A stretch of 64,000 nt of DNA from Callorhinchus milii. Its lineage: Eukaryota. Shown here in pieces: positions 1 to 13,203 of the stretch. Where the stretch lies: contig NW_024704742.1 of the NCBI RefSeq assembly GCF_018977255.1, positions 45,386,001 through 45,450,000 of the forward strand, in the 5' to 3' direction. The notes below the pieces were generated by a model that saw nothing but the letters and a program-made list of their open reading frames with translations, did not search any database and was not told the DNA's origin. Made by a program: the position numbers and the translations under genes. Each line of letters starts with the position of its first letter. Within the stretch, counting starts at the first letter, position 1.

Positions 1-278
1 AGAATTTCAGACACACCAGGGCAGCAAAGAAACAAGGCACAGGTTCAGGGTGGTGAAGGGCAATTTCAGGACAGACACCAGTAAGTATTCTTTTACACAT
101 AGAGAAACTAATGTCTTGGATGGGTTACCAAAAAGGGTGGGGGAGGCCGAAGCCTTAGACTTATTTAATAAACAACTAAATGCTGAAATGGGAAGAATGT
201 AAGGTGCATATTCTGGAAGGATGAGATCAAATGGGCCAAAGGGTCTTCATCATCCGAGTTTCTTTTGTGATTTTGTGA
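1..278 (+). mobile_element. CR1-type LINE 3' fragment
   Basis: Decayed ORF2 C-terminus (HRFRVVKGNFRTDTSKYSFTHR, like CR1 GH.FK..K..F.TD.RKYFFTQR), then 3' UTR gatgagatcaaatgggcc and a tttgtga tail repeat. Confidence 0.8.
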
Positions 279-525
279 GCACTGAATGCTGCCGTTTATT
301 TCCCTAAAAACAACAGATTACATTTGTATAGCGCCTTTCATTCAGGAGCAAGTCACTAAATATCTTTCATAGACCTTGTTAACACTCAGTTTCCTCAAAA
401 TTATGAAAAAGATCATGTTAAAAGCATATAATTTGAAGTTCAAACTCCAGAGGATTCCCCTTTATCCACGATTATGGAAATTTTACTGGTCATTTAATAT
501 CTGTTTGATTCTATGGTACCACATT

Positions 526-730
526 TTCATAGAATCATAAAACCATAGAAATCTACAATATAATAGGAGATCGTTTGATCCATTGTATCAATGTTGGTCT
601 ATGCTCCTCTAATGAAGCAATTTATCCTAATCGCCATCCCTTACTGCACACGTGCTTATCTAGTTTAGTTTTAAATGCCTCAACCAACTATGCTCTAACC
701 ACCATCCCCAGTAATTCATTCAAATATTGA
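526..730 (-). mobile_element. CR1-type LINE 3' end
   Basis: catagaatcataaaaccataga is the reverse of the CR1 (ttctatga)n tail, followed by decayed 3' UTR. Confidence 0.6.
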
Positions 731-1495
731 GCAGAATTTGAAGGCGAGTTCTTTCAATATTTGGGGGATGGAGGTTTCAAGCAACTTTCAGTGATCAGAC
801 TGTTCCTTATCTATCACTCACATTCAATGGATGGATAGGCAAGATACAGAGGTTGAGGATGCAAAAGAATTACAGGACTTGGAAGATTTAAGTGCTAATG
901 GCATGGCCTTTGACCTATGCATGTTACTAAACAGCGTAACATTTTTCATTCCTTGAGAGTTTCACATTCACATGAATTTCTTATGTCATTTCTTGAGACT
1001 TTGAAGAAATAGTGAAAAGCCTGAAGCTCAATTTCCACGTACATAAAATTCTGCAAGCATGTTTGGCATGCTCGCTCTGTTCATAACAACCTACAGTATA
1101 GGAGTTGTACATCATTTGGGTCTTACATAGTAGACATTGACAGAAAACTTTATGGTCATTAGTGAATTGGGAGTAAACAAGGGAGGAAAGAATTGGATGC
1201 AATTGTATAGCTTAATTATTCTTTTCCATTGCTGCTTATTTGCATTTAGGAGATGGGAAAAATGTAGCTGCGGGGAACACTAGAGTAAGTGTATAGTTGT
1301 AAATTGTAGTAAATCCTCAATGTCGGATGGCTTAGCTGATGAATTCCTGATACCTAATAGGGTTTGGCACCCAATCATAGTTTCTGGATTTGGTTGCGGA
1401 TTATTGAGTCAATATTGTCAGAGGAATCAAATCCCTCATGTTAAACTCATTCTATTGTCTTCCATGCAATTGGCAATCACTTCACAGTATATTGT

Positions 1496-1681
1496 AAAAA
1501 AATAATAAATTGGTCACTTCAATCCATGACTGTTTGTGGGACACTGCTGTGTGCAATTTGGCTGCCATGTTTCGCCCACAGATATATAGTCAATTCACTT
1601 CACAGTCTATTCTGTGAAGCGCTTTGAGACGTCGAGAAGATGTGAAAAGCTCTGTATCAAATGCAAGGAATATTATTATTA
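1496..1681 (+). mobile_element. Young tRNA/Deu-tail SINE, 5'-truncated copy
   Basis: Near-identical to the 3' half of the full copies (gactgtttgtgggacactgctgtgtgcaa ... atcaaatgcaagga plus ATT tail). Confidence 0.9.
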
Positions 1682-2925
1682 TGGAGAATCCCTCTTATTA
1701 TGGACGACCTATCTATTTATTCTGCTGCTTTTCGATCCACAGTATCCTATATAGCAATCCCCCAAATAAAATAGGTCAGTCAACATTGTTGCGCAAATCG
1801 ACTAACAATTAGGTTCCCCTATGGATACATAGTCACTATACATTATAGTGTATAGTGCTATGAAGCACTTTGAGTCATCCTCCTGACGTGAAGGGGACTA
1901 CACTAAATGCAAGGATGATTATTATGATTATAAATATTTTATACAGTATTCTGTATAAATATTCTACTGGAAGGGCACAAGGGTAGACTTTAACCTTGTG
2001 ATTCCACATTCTATGTGACATAGCTCACTCAGGGAATAGCATGTTCATGTCCAAGCTGGGAACATCAAGTGTAAATAAACATTAAGCATTTCAATTGTTT
2101 TTCAATGGAACATCTTCTGAGTAATTGCAACAGAACTGAAGATGAATCTGAGAATGTGCACCAGGTATTTCTGGTTAGGTTATTCTATCCTTTGAATCCT
2201 GAGTATATGACATTGGGGTCCAGTTTGCAGTGTTTCTTTAATATGATTCCTTGAAAACAGAATCCAAATAGTATGAATAGAGCTCCTTCTGGTAACTGGA
2301 AATATGTCACATTGATCCATGGAAACTCTCCTCTCCTTGATCCAATTTCAGAGCAGTGTTCCCACCAATCTAATAGAATTCCTTATTAAGGAATAGAAAT
2401 ACTATAAACTAGACCCCATAGTGCATTGACATTTATTACCTTCTGCATATTCTCTATTGTAAAATGTCATTCAATACTACAATTACTGTCCTTTTTGGTG
2501 GATGCACTTCATATATACCTTACTTTTTCCCTTTATTTTTACTGTGAAATCCTGAAATAAACGTGTCTATTTCTCCATTACTCTGGTTCTGTGATGCAGC
2601 CACTGACAACAATCTTGGATATGTTATTGTTGGACACAGAAGTCTACTAATATTTTAACATTGATACATTTAATAGTCCTAGGGTTTCCCTACCTTAGGT
2701 CTGCGTGGCAAAGTGCAAAATGTGTCAATTACCAATGTAAACTGAAGTTTCTTTCAGCTTGTACTTGGAGTAGCTTAAAATAGAGCAACTCTAAGTAGCA
2801 TTAAAATGAGAGAGGAGAGATGGAATGTCCCATATCAATGTTTTTTTAGTTAGACTGAACATACTGAATGGCTACTTCCATGTACCAAGTGTGCACCAAT
2901 TGCGTTGGGAATTAGTATAGTTATT

Positions 2926-3243
2926 TAATAATAATAAGAAGAATCCTTTCATTTGATATAGCGCCTTTCACGTCTTCTAGACGTCCCAAAGCGCTTCACA
3001 GAATATACTGTAAAGTGAATTGACTGTATATTTGTGGGCGAACACGGCAGCCAATTGCGCACAGCAATGTCCCACAAACAGTCGTAAATTGAAAATGACC
3101 AATTTATTATTTTTTTTTTGGAGGGATTATTATTAGGCGTATGGAGTAAGGAAACTTGCCCAAGGTTTCGCCCTGTCTGGAATTGAACTCAGGTCTCTCA
3201 CTTGCAAAGCGAGTGCTCTAACCACTGAGCTACCGGACTCCAC
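2926..3243 (-). mobile_element. Young tRNA-derived SINE, full-length short form
   Basis: On the minus strand: GGAGTCC start, A box TAGCTCAGTGG, B box GAGTTCAATTCC, Deu-like 3' block, L2-like tail aagcgctttgggacgtc...gcgctatatcaaatg and (ATT)n. Confidence 0.95.
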
Positions 3244-5024
3244 TTAGAAGGTTATAAAACTAGTCCTTCATCTTCAAATAACTTTTCACTCTATTTTGTT
3301 CTGTTTTACGTTTAAGTGATTCGTATTGTTTGGAGGCATTGTTTTATTGAGTTATAATACTGGTTATTAAACTTTCTTCTTCAGGTTGACCTACATAGAC
3401 TGTGGATGAAACAGTCAGAAATTAAATCTACATAAAATATTTTGGAAGTTATATCTTTATAAATTGCATCAGTGATTTGAAAAGTAGAGATAGGAAGTAG
3501 CCTTTGAATTATCTGTTCCACTGGGTGCTTTTGCACTGAGAGATTTGATAAGACAGTATTTGTTCCAAACTTGTTAAAGCAATTGAGACTTGTTAAGTGG
3601 ATTGCTGCTTAAATTTGCTCTATGATATTTTGTGGAACAGGGAGACAAAAATGCTTCAGCAATAATGTTGGTTGTTCATAGGACAGAGTTACCAACCAAC
3701 TCTATATTCTTGTAATGTCCCTGGCTTCAGATGAACCTTGCATGTTTAGAGTTTGTCAGGACAGCCATGACAACAAATTTAATTACACACAAGCTACCTT
3801 GATGTTGTCTGATGCATCAGTACAATTACAGTATAAGGTTCCAACAGACTTCACCAACTGAAAGTGTCAGAGTCCATGCTATCTATTTTATAATAGCATT
3901 GGTGTAAAACATGCAGAGGAAATTACAGTTTAGCTACACTACACCTGATCTGCCTGAGCGTTTTGGGCTGAAAAGCTATGTATGTGTAATGAAGTGGACC
4001 TTTGGAAAATGAGAATACGGTTAAAAGATATAATACATTTCCCATGTTCAGGAATTTCTGAGTTCAAGACGTACAATACAGCTGTAGTTTTTTTTTGCAG
4101 TAAAAATTAAAACTTTAGTTCCTGACTTGATTGTTGACTCTGACAGCCTGTAGTATCACAAGACTGTAGAAACAGTTATTTGAATTTAGAAGGACAAATG
4201 AAACCAGACATTTCTTCCAAGTCATTCAGATGCAGAATGGCATTTCCCAAAGAGCATTTTTATTGCTGCCTTTCATAGAATCATAGAATTGAAACTGAAA
4301 ATTAATCCCTTGCATTCATTACTACAAAATTGAAATAACGTTATCATTACTATTGCATTGAAGCGTTGATCCCAGCCTTTACTGGGTCCTAATTTTTATT
4401 TAAACCTCTTTTGTTTTCCTCTCTCACCTCTTCTCCTGTTAGTTTGAAGGGGAAGAGTATACGTTGGTACATTACATTTTTAGTTGTATTCAAAGCATGA
4501 TTTGAACCTGATTTTTACCCTCTTTTGACTTCTTCAATATTATTTGATTCTAGCCATTTGATCTGATGTAGAAAATTGACTAAATAGCTTTTATTTTAAT
4601 TTTAAAAAATCATACTAAATCTATGTATTGAAATGTTTGAGTGACTCATTGGTCCATTGAGTGCTTGGGGGTGCCAGAGATGCCATGTTTCCATCTGGTT
4701 TTGTTTTCTGTTGACAAGATCAACAAAATTTGTGACATTTTAAAAATCAGTGGTTATAACCTTTTCTTTAATATTAATAAACTACCCAGTCCTGCTTGCC
4801 CTTCACAAATCAGCAGAAGTTCATTATCCATACACACGTCAGTTATCAGAACTATTGTCCAATAATTTAGGGATAATTACACATTTTAATGAATGAGAAC
4901 ATTTGCAGTCATATTGCAGCTAAATGTTATCTGTATTAAAGAGAGAATAATGAATCCCTGGAGTGGGTTAAAAGGATGTGATCCAATCTAGGAGTTTCAA
5001 TGGTGATAATACGTTCAAAGTAAA

Positions 5025-5200
5025 TTAAGAAAGTAAGGCCAAAGAACATAAAGGCGAATTGGAGAAAACTAAATTTAGAAGAGATGTCAGGGAAAATGGT
5101 CTTCACTCAAAGAGTGATAAATAGTTGCAATAATTTACCAAGCAAAGTAATTGCATTTAGACTATTCAAAACACAATTAGCTGCATAAATGGAAATGAGT
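5025..5200 (+). mobile_element. CR1-type LINE fragment
   Basis: aaatttagaagagatgtcagg...ttcactcaaagagtgataaat...ttacca resembles the CR1 ORF2 end (KF..D.R..FFTQRVIN.WN.LP). Confidence 0.6.
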
Positions 5201-5561
5201 ATTAGAAAGATGATTTTTTGTAAGCAAACAATTACAACTGTAGTTCAGATAAAGAAAGCCCTTCAGTCAATTCGGTCTCATGCTTCCAGAATGGTAATAA
5301 ACCGATGGGAAAGCTGGAACATTGAATAGCTGCCTCAGGTCACAGTTTGAATTTGGTCCATGGTATATTTTTCAATGATATATGTACCGTTTCATAGGAA
5401 GGAGAGGATTGTAGTTTCTGAACTGTTGATGTCTTTGATGTGTAATGACATTTATGAAATGTTATTAATTCCCTGGGGTATCAATAAAGAGGTTTTAAGG
5501 AGTTTTATTGCATAGTGGTTCATCAAAATTTAGCATACTTGTTGTCAGTAATTAGTATATT

Positions 5562-6373
5562 TAGTAAAACTCACATAAGTCGTATCAGTCAGGACCATAA
5601 CATTCAGTATGACTTGCGTGAAGTCCCGAGTTGCAGGTAAATTGAATAAGTCGAGGATATCCGATGCAATCAATAATCTACACTGCGCATGTGTAATTTA
5701 ATGAAGCCAGTAAGTGGGCATACGATAATGGCTCAAGGCTACATTTCTCACGTTTCAATGAGTTTTGACTTGTCAACGCTTGCACGCTTATTGGCAAACA
5801 TTGGAATTACATTGAGTTACGCGAAATTAAGTTCTTCTGTGCACTTGTCGACGGATTAAGACTATGTTTCCTGCGATTCAAATATGATAGGCAAGTACGG
5901 GAATATGGAGTGTAGGGGAGCAGCCTTACAAGTTAGGAGGTGATTAATATGAGTAATATGAAAGAATTCTAAGTGATTTTCATAGGAAGCTGAATGGGAC
6001 TCAGTTAATGTATGACTTAGGAATCCTGTAGCTCAGTGGTTAGAGCGCTTGCCTTGCAAGCGAGACATCTGGGTTCGATTCCCGGCAGCGTGAAACCTTG
6101 CGCAAGTTTCCTTACTCCACACGCCTAATAATAATCCCTCCAAAACAAAACAATAATAAATTTCAATCCACGACTGTTTGTGGGACACTGCTGTGTGCAA
6201 TTGGCTGCCGCGTTTTGCCCACAAATATACAGTCAATTCACTTTACAGTATATTCTGTAAAGCACTTTGAGACGTCTAGAAGACATGAAAAGCGCTTTAT
6301 CAAATGCAAGGATTATTATTATTATTAAGTGTTTATACGATTTATAAAGATAAGAATTATGCGAGTTTTACTG
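5562..6373. mobile_element. Tc1/mariner (Tigger/pogo-like) MITE family A, copy 1, interrupted by a SINE
   Basis: Terminal inverted repeats tagtaaaactcacataa / ttatgcgagttttactg followed by TA. The body is colinear with 55552-55963. Confidence 0.8.
6020..6327 (+). mobile_element. Young tRNA-derived SINE, full-length short form, nested in MITE A
   Basis: A box tagctcagtgg, B box ggttcgattcc, same body and (ATT)n tail as the other copies. Confidence 0.95.
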
Positions 6374-7359
6374 TATTATCCAGCACTTTACATTGCAAAG
6401 ATTAATGATTGAGGAAGTAGTCATTGCTATTAACAGTCTTGTTTGATACATCATCTTTAGAAAGAGTTGCAATTCCACAAGGCAGGGAAATGACATTGCA
6501 CATCATCATGTTAAAGGCATGCTACAAGGATACCATTCGCAGTGTGTTCCAGAGTCACTACCTTGTAAATGATATCACCTCATTACCATATGAAAAGATG
6601 CATGACGTCTGAAATGGTATTAAGAAATAATAAATGAGAATTTAAGTACTCTGAATTGTGGAGAAGGGTGTTCTCTTGGTAATGATTGTTTGGCCTGAGG
6701 TGAAGTCATATTAGACCAATGGGTGCAGTAAAATAAATAAGAATAAATAATCTTAGCATTTGATATAGTATCAAAGCACTTCACAGGATTGAATGTAAAT
6801 TGTCCTGACTGTGTTTCGTAGGTTGATCATGACCACACACCTGTATGTTTAAAATTGCCACACTCTGTTAAATGATCTGTACGTAGTAATGAAGTACTGT
6901 TAACAGTTTTATATGCAGTCCACACTACCTTCGATAGAGCTAAATAATTTACACACTGAATTTGAATTCAGAATGATAGTTGCACCAACAGTCTACATCT
7001 TTGGCAGTGTTGTTTGGAGAACACAATTAAATTCTAATGTTAGCATTCTGACTGAGTGCACCAGAACTTTTTACAATACTGTGGTAAGCAGTCACAACAA
7101 AAATGATTATTTCACACCGATCTGATGGAGAAAAAAGTGGTTCAGTGAGAAGAAATATTTCACAAGATTTGTAAGCTTTGTATATCTGGAACAATATGTA
7201 ATTTTGGACGCACCATCTGTAAAGAATTGGGCAGGGTCCTGAGCAGAGTTTTACGTCTTGTCCTCACCTGATTTTCTTGCATCTTAGTTTAAACATGGAT
7301 CATTGGATGGTGATCTGCAATGAGAATGTTGGCTGAATTTTCCCTTTAACTAAGTACCT

Positions 7360-7602
7360 CAGCCACAGTCCTACATATGACGTGCATCAGCTACTGGCCC
7401 TACACTCTGGAACTCCCTCTGCATACTCATCCTCTCTATCTGGCTTTATATCCTACCACTTTGACTGCACCTCTGGTCATCTCGCCTTTTTCCCCCTGCC
7501 CTTCTCCATTTTCCCTAGCTCGGTGTCTGACCCATCATTGAGAAAGCAATTTGAAATGTTATTCTACATAAAGGACGCTATATAAATGTAAGTTGTTTTG
7601 TT
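7360..7602 (+). mobile_element. L2-type LINE 3' end, degraded
   Basis: ctctggaactccctc pyrimidine-rich 3' region ending gacgctatataaatgtaagttgtt, the L2 tail. Confidence 0.6.
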
Positions 7603-9069
7603 GTCCTGGCTGAATCAGCTCAGTCAACACAGGTTTGGAAGCAACAGTCGTTTGGTCTGTATGCCTTAATGCTGCAAAGGGTGATACCTTTACCCACAAA
7701 GCCTTCAACAGAGCTGAATTTGTTTTTATAATCAAAGGAGACTTTGAAAGCACAATTATTTTTAAAATAGTACGTTTGTTTGACACTTCAGTTCATAATG
7801 TGAATATGAAAGTCAGCCATGATCTATCGATGCGTTGCTAGAGGCTAAATTAAAAAGAGAAACATTACCCAATTATGAAACTGGAGAATCGCCTCCATTG
7901 CAAAACACATGACACAAAATCTGTTTGCAAAAATACCATGTAAATCTCCAGAGAAATCATTGGGGATCGATAGCTGCAGTCGGATTTATAATTATAATTT
8001 TTCAAGATTAAATATTGTTCCACTGTGGAACGAAAAGAATAATATTATCAGACGCGTTATGATAATTATTTTGGAAATCATTCTTGGTATTGATCTGCTA
8101 TGATATGATATCACGCCAACACAGTGAAATGCTACCAAATTAAAAAGTCAGGTGGCATTAGAGAATGTAGGATCTTGGTAAATTGACTGGTGTAGAAATG
8201 GACTCACTTTTTACTCCCAAGTTAAGTAAAATGTTCAGCACCACAACTGCTGACTTACTATTCTGGTTCACTTCATTAGTTACAGTATGCCTGGATTCTA
8301 TTAGTAGTATTTAAGAGTTGTGTATTCATCAAGAGGAAAGGAGAAAATCTTTTTAAAAAATGTCTTTGACTCTGCCTTTGATACCATCTTCTTTCTGCTT
8401 GCTGATTCCCATTGTCTTTAACAAGATCTTTGTAATGGCTATCTTTCGTGAAAGGTGTTATATAAGTTCAAAGTGCATTTTTACACCTTGGGCAATTGTC
8501 AACTGAAGCACAGGCCTGATATGTAGCAAAACTCCCTCTGCCACATCCTAAAAATGTACTTTAACCCCAACCTCGGAAGAGTCCTTCCAAACAAAAAGTG
8601 CCCATTTTCATTGACTGTGCAAGTGAAATTGAAAGTTTAGCTGCAATTTGTACCAAATCAAGAGCAATTTAGTGCTGTATTTTCTCTCAATAAGTGCTGA
8701 GGTGAGACTGTCCAACCCCATTTCACTTAGGTATCCTTTACAACTGTCAGAAAGATAGACAGAGGACACCTTTATTCCATCAATCTGGCCTGGATTAACA
8801 CTGAGTCCTGTGGTGACTGTCCTAACACCTATAATTTTAAGCGCTTCAAGATGCCGTCTGGCGTAAAGGGCGTTACGTAAATGCAAGTTGTTGTTTTAAT
8901 TTTAAATTGGAGCATCTATGAAGTGTTACAAATCACATTATCTCACCATCGTAAAGTAGCAGTATCACACAAGATTTGTTTCCATTTGCCACATTTCCCT
9001 TTTATTCTCCCTTCAGAACTTGCCAAGTCTCATGAGATGCAGTTTCATGGTTGACGGTAATTTCAAACT

Positions 9070-10060
9070 GATTGGATCTGAAACCATTTGCATTGATCCT
9101 TGGGCTGACCAGCTAAAGAGCATTGGCCTGGGTCTGATGAAGGATTGAACGAGGGTCTCAGTTATCTGGGGGAGAGGTAGTGGTGAGGGTGGGAGATGTT
9201 GCAGAGGTGAGGGAAAGCTGAAGAAATAAGAGCGTGGATGTAGGGTTTGATGTTGGGTGTGGAAGAAGATAATGCATTTCCACACTGGTTCCTTGTGGTG
9301 GAGTGCATCAATGCAGTTCGATGTGGTCAACATCTGAGATGAGAGAGCACTGATGGAAGCTAAGCAGGAGAACATTGGTCTTGTTTACATTGAGCTGTAG
9401 GAAGTTTGAATTCATCCAGATATGTGACAGACAATAGGTCAGAACAGCATTGCTCTTAGAATCAAGGGTGGGGCAGGGAGATAGAATTGGTTGTTATGCA
9501 GCCCGTACCTGATGATGTCACCAAAGGGGAGCATATCAATAGTGAAAGGGAGAGGACTGAGGATAGAGTCTGAGGAATGGCACTTCTGACTGTGTAGGGT
9601 GGGATGAGAAATCATTGGAGGAGACAAAGTGAAGACCCTGGGATAAGTAGGAGTTAAGGACAGAACTGTAGAGATAGAAAAAGGAGGAGGGACAGTGGAG
9701 AGGGATAGAGTGATTGATGGTACCAAAGGCAGAAGAACGTTTGAGGAGGAGGAAAGCAGAGCTCTGTTTGCAGATGCAGAGAGCATTGTTCATCACTTTG
9801 ACCATGACAGTCTCGGAGCTATGAGTAAGACGGAAACTAGATTGGAGGGGCTTAAAGAAAGACTGAAGCTGAGGGAGGAAGGAGTCAAGCTGGAAGAGGA
9901 AGGCATCAAGCTGGGAAAAGGAGTGAAGCTGAAAGACGGTGGTGACTCCTTCAGCATCTTGGTGGGGAAGAGCATGTAGTTCGCAAGCTTCAGGCTGAAC
10001 CATTTGGCCTAAGTTGTTGGCCAGTGTGACACTGGTGTTTCGGGTCTGAGAGATACTTAG
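9070..10060 (-). mobile_element. L2-clade LINE ORF2 (reverse transcriptase) fossil
   Basis: Minus-strand ORF pieces PLQSSFRLTHSSETVMVKVMNN...SAFGTINHSI correspond to L2 PLQSGFR..HSTETAL.KV.ND...SAFDTI.H.IL. ETLVQSFI corresponds to ETLVHAFI. Multiple frameshifts. Confidence 0.9.
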
Positions 10061-12056
10061 ATGTGTGCAATTTTTTTTGTAGTAGATCAATGTCCCATTT
10101 CTTTTTCTTATGTGCACAAATAGTTCAATTGATATTGTTCGTTGCACTGTTTAAGTTCTTTCTACTGGTGGTTAATTATAAATATGGTCATAGTTATCAA
10201 TGCCTCCATTATTCTTCCTCTCTCACTGATCTATACATTTTTTTTCTTTGTTCATCATATGCTTTTTATGAATGTCTCTATATTCATTAAAGAAAAGGTC
10301 ATTTTGTGATAAGTATTCAACATTTCCATTAGCTCACCAAGGACCTGTCACAACCTAAATGCTCTCATTCATTTTGCTTAGAAGGTGATGATATAGCCTA
10401 ATGCAGACCACTCTAAATCTCTAGCACTCCACTGATATTACATCCCAGTTTCACATCATATTGTATTGAATGGATTATCTCATAGTATATTTATTTAAAC
10501 AAAATTGTAGAATGCGATAACTTCTTTAAAAAATCTGTTTTTATTCTGCAGTTTGGAGCTTTGGAGTCATTGGAAACAATGCATTTGAATTCAAGCTCAA
10601 AGTATACATTTTAAAAATAGCTGCAGACTCCTGCATAAAAATAATACAAAGGATCTTACAATCCTTAAATGTGGTTTGCAAATACTGCATTTTATTGACG
10701 ATTTTTAGTCAGACATTGCCTGTGTGGAGAGACTGAAGCAAATGATTCAGCCTCAGTGCAAATTACCATATTACTGAAAGGAAGCTGGAATGACAATCAC
10801 TTAGCTAATGAATTAGAATGTGCTGAAATTGACCCATGGTAGAGATGCCTATGTTCTCGCTTTGCAATGGGTACTTCTGTTTATTAACCCTTCTGTAATT
10901 TCATCAGTTTCTCTCGAATTGTAAGTGAACTGCTCGACAATAGTGTTGATTATTGTGCTCGTTTGGCAGGCTGCACACTAGTGTCACATAGCACGAGACT
11001 ATCCCAAGCAACTCTATTAAATCCAATCCTCAAAGCACAAAATGCTTATTTAGAATAGCTGCTTATTTCTTTTGGGTACGCATACGTCTAGAAACAAGCT
11101 AATTCTTGCTTACTTCAGCAAAGCAAGGGCGATGTACTGTCAAATCTCATTGTGGCAAATGTAAGGTAGCTGCAATCGTCACGATGGCTTAATGCGGGTG
11201 GGTGGGTGGGGGAGTGGGTTAGGTTATGCTCTTTTTGTTAGCCAATTACCAATCTTGGCAACCTGTACTCAGAATTGGATTTTGAGTGCAGTAATGATTA
11301 TTTCTATTCATATGGTTACAGAGAAATGCTGCCAGTGAAGTAGGATTTTTTCTGAATAAAGTGAAGGAAATAAACATTTTTATGAAACATTTCTGCAATT
11401 CACAGCTGGAATTGTGACTTGCTAAGCACGTACTTTCAAACTGAGAGGGGAATGAATTTTCAGAGATGCAGATTTTATGGGTCGTCAGCAGTTATAAGGC
11501 TCGCTTTCATCTGCTGCATCCTTTTTAATGGCAACAGAAAAACCCAGTGGTGGGTTTACTGGCCAGAATCTGTGACTGACATTTGCCACTGCCACTGGAG
11601 TTCAGAGAATAGGGAATATCAAAAAAATGGTACTTATTGAATTTTAGCATTATTGTAAAGTAGAACATTTGATTTCTACTGGCAATAATACTAGCTTCCG
11701 ATGAAAAAAATGAGTGCTCTGTATTTTAAATTTTTTTTAAAAAAAAGAATAGTTGCTATGTTGAATATTGGTCTCCATTAACTGGATTTCACCATTTTCT
11801 CTACCCTTTTGGATCCAATTTTCAAAGATCAAAAGACAGCAGATGATTGGCTGTACAGTGCGGTGACATGCTTATGTAACTCCTCTTAGAATTAACAAAT
11901 GAGCTTTTTGTTCACACAATTTCACAAAATAGGGAATTACTTTCAAAATAACTTAAATCAAGATTCAGTTCTGTAATGGATTTCAATGATGATCTCACAC
12001 TGGGGACCTGGGTTCAAATCTGGCCTTGAATGATTGAGTGAATGTCCTTTAGCTGG

Positions 12057-12153
12057 AATTCACTTTACAGTGTGTTCTGTGAAGCACTTTGGGACGTCCT
12101 CCCGACGTGAAAAGCGCTATATCAAATGCAAGGATTATTATTATCATTATTAA
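12057..12153 (+). mobile_element. Young SINE, 3' terminal fragment
   Basis: cactttacagtgtgttctgtgaagcactttgggacgtcctcccgacgtgaaaagcgctatatcaaatgcaaggattatt is nearly identical to the tail of the copy at 63236. Confidence 0.9.
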
Positions 12154-12724
12154 TACTCCCTAAGCGAGATGATTTCTGGCATTATCATCACCGCTCCAAT
12201 CAGCCAGAGGTTACAGGACATAAAAGCAGCCATAACTCGGCAATAAATGGGACTTCAAGAGATAATTGGAGTCAGTGACAGCACAAGAATGGCTGAATCT
12301 GGAAGTAAAAATTTTTGTATTGATGCTTAAATAAATAAGTACCCAGAGGTGTTCGCCTACTTGAAGGTTGCCACATAAATGCAAGTTGTGTTGTTGTTTA
12401 ATGGTGACAGAAATGTGAGTGCAATAATCTTTTTCCTCTGGATGTACATACTTCCAGATAATTATCAAATGATTATCTGATAATAATTGTGATTCATCGA
12501 TAATTCACAGGATTTCCTGTTATAACAACCTGGTGATTCCTGATTCTGGCACACATTTCAATATGGTGCTTTTTTTTCTATCTTTTAAATTTCATCACTT
12601 TACATATGGTTTACAATGACTGCATAATTGACCTCATTGTGGGTGAAAATCTAGCTGGACTCAATCCCCTAAAGTCCCCCAGATTATCCTGAATTCTGCA
12701 GTTCATATCCTTTTCTTCATTAGG

Positions 12725-13203
12725 CAAAGCAGGTCCATCGCCCCTATCCTCGCCAGCCTCCATTGGCTTCCTTTCCCCCAGCGGGTTCACTTTACGATCT
12801 TTGTTCTAGCCTTCAAATGTCTTCATGATTTTGCTCCAACCTACCTCTTTGATCACCTGTGGTCCTACGACTCTTCCCACTCCCTCTCTGCTAACTGGTG
12901 TCTGCTACACATCCACACCTTACCCATCTCACTATTGACGGGCAGCCGTTTAGTGTATTTGTTCCCACTCTGTGGAATTCTCTCCTTAAACGCTTTCACC
13001 TCACACCTTCCCTCTCTGCTTTCAAAGCACATCTATAAAAACTTTTCCTTTGACTGTCCTTTTGTCCACCTCCCTCCCATGCCACTCTCTTGCTCCCTTG
13101 CTCCCTTGCTCAGGCTTCCACACTAACTCTGTTAAGGGTCTGAGACATTGTTCTTACCAGAAAGGTGCTATGTAAGTGTATGTAAGTAGGTTGTTTTTGT
13201 TGC
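12725..13203 (+). mobile_element. L2 LINE 3' portion (ORF2 end plus 3' UTR)
   Basis: Translates to IAPILASLHWLPFPQRVHFTIFVLAFKCLHDFAPTYL, the canonical L2 C-terminus, and ends in an L2-like tail. Confidence 0.85.

Noticed and set aside
6020..6092. tRNA-Ala(TGC)-like gene at SINE heads
   Set aside because: A and B boxes are present, but the acceptor stem is not properly formed and the sequence runs straight into the SINE body in every copy.
9536..10147. 203-aa ORF, the longest in the window, as a host gene
   Set aside because: It is a frameshifted L2 reverse-transcriptase remnant; the overlapping + ORF at 9695-9979 is its antisense shadow.
10552..10601. Cryptic exon after ttattctgcag
   Set aside because: Weak donor (gtatac) and no similarity to any protocadherin sequence I recognise.
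11990..12055. LF-SINE-like head (ggggacctgggttcaaatc)
   Set aside because: Only a B-box-like stretch is recognisable; too short and diverged to assign a family by eye.
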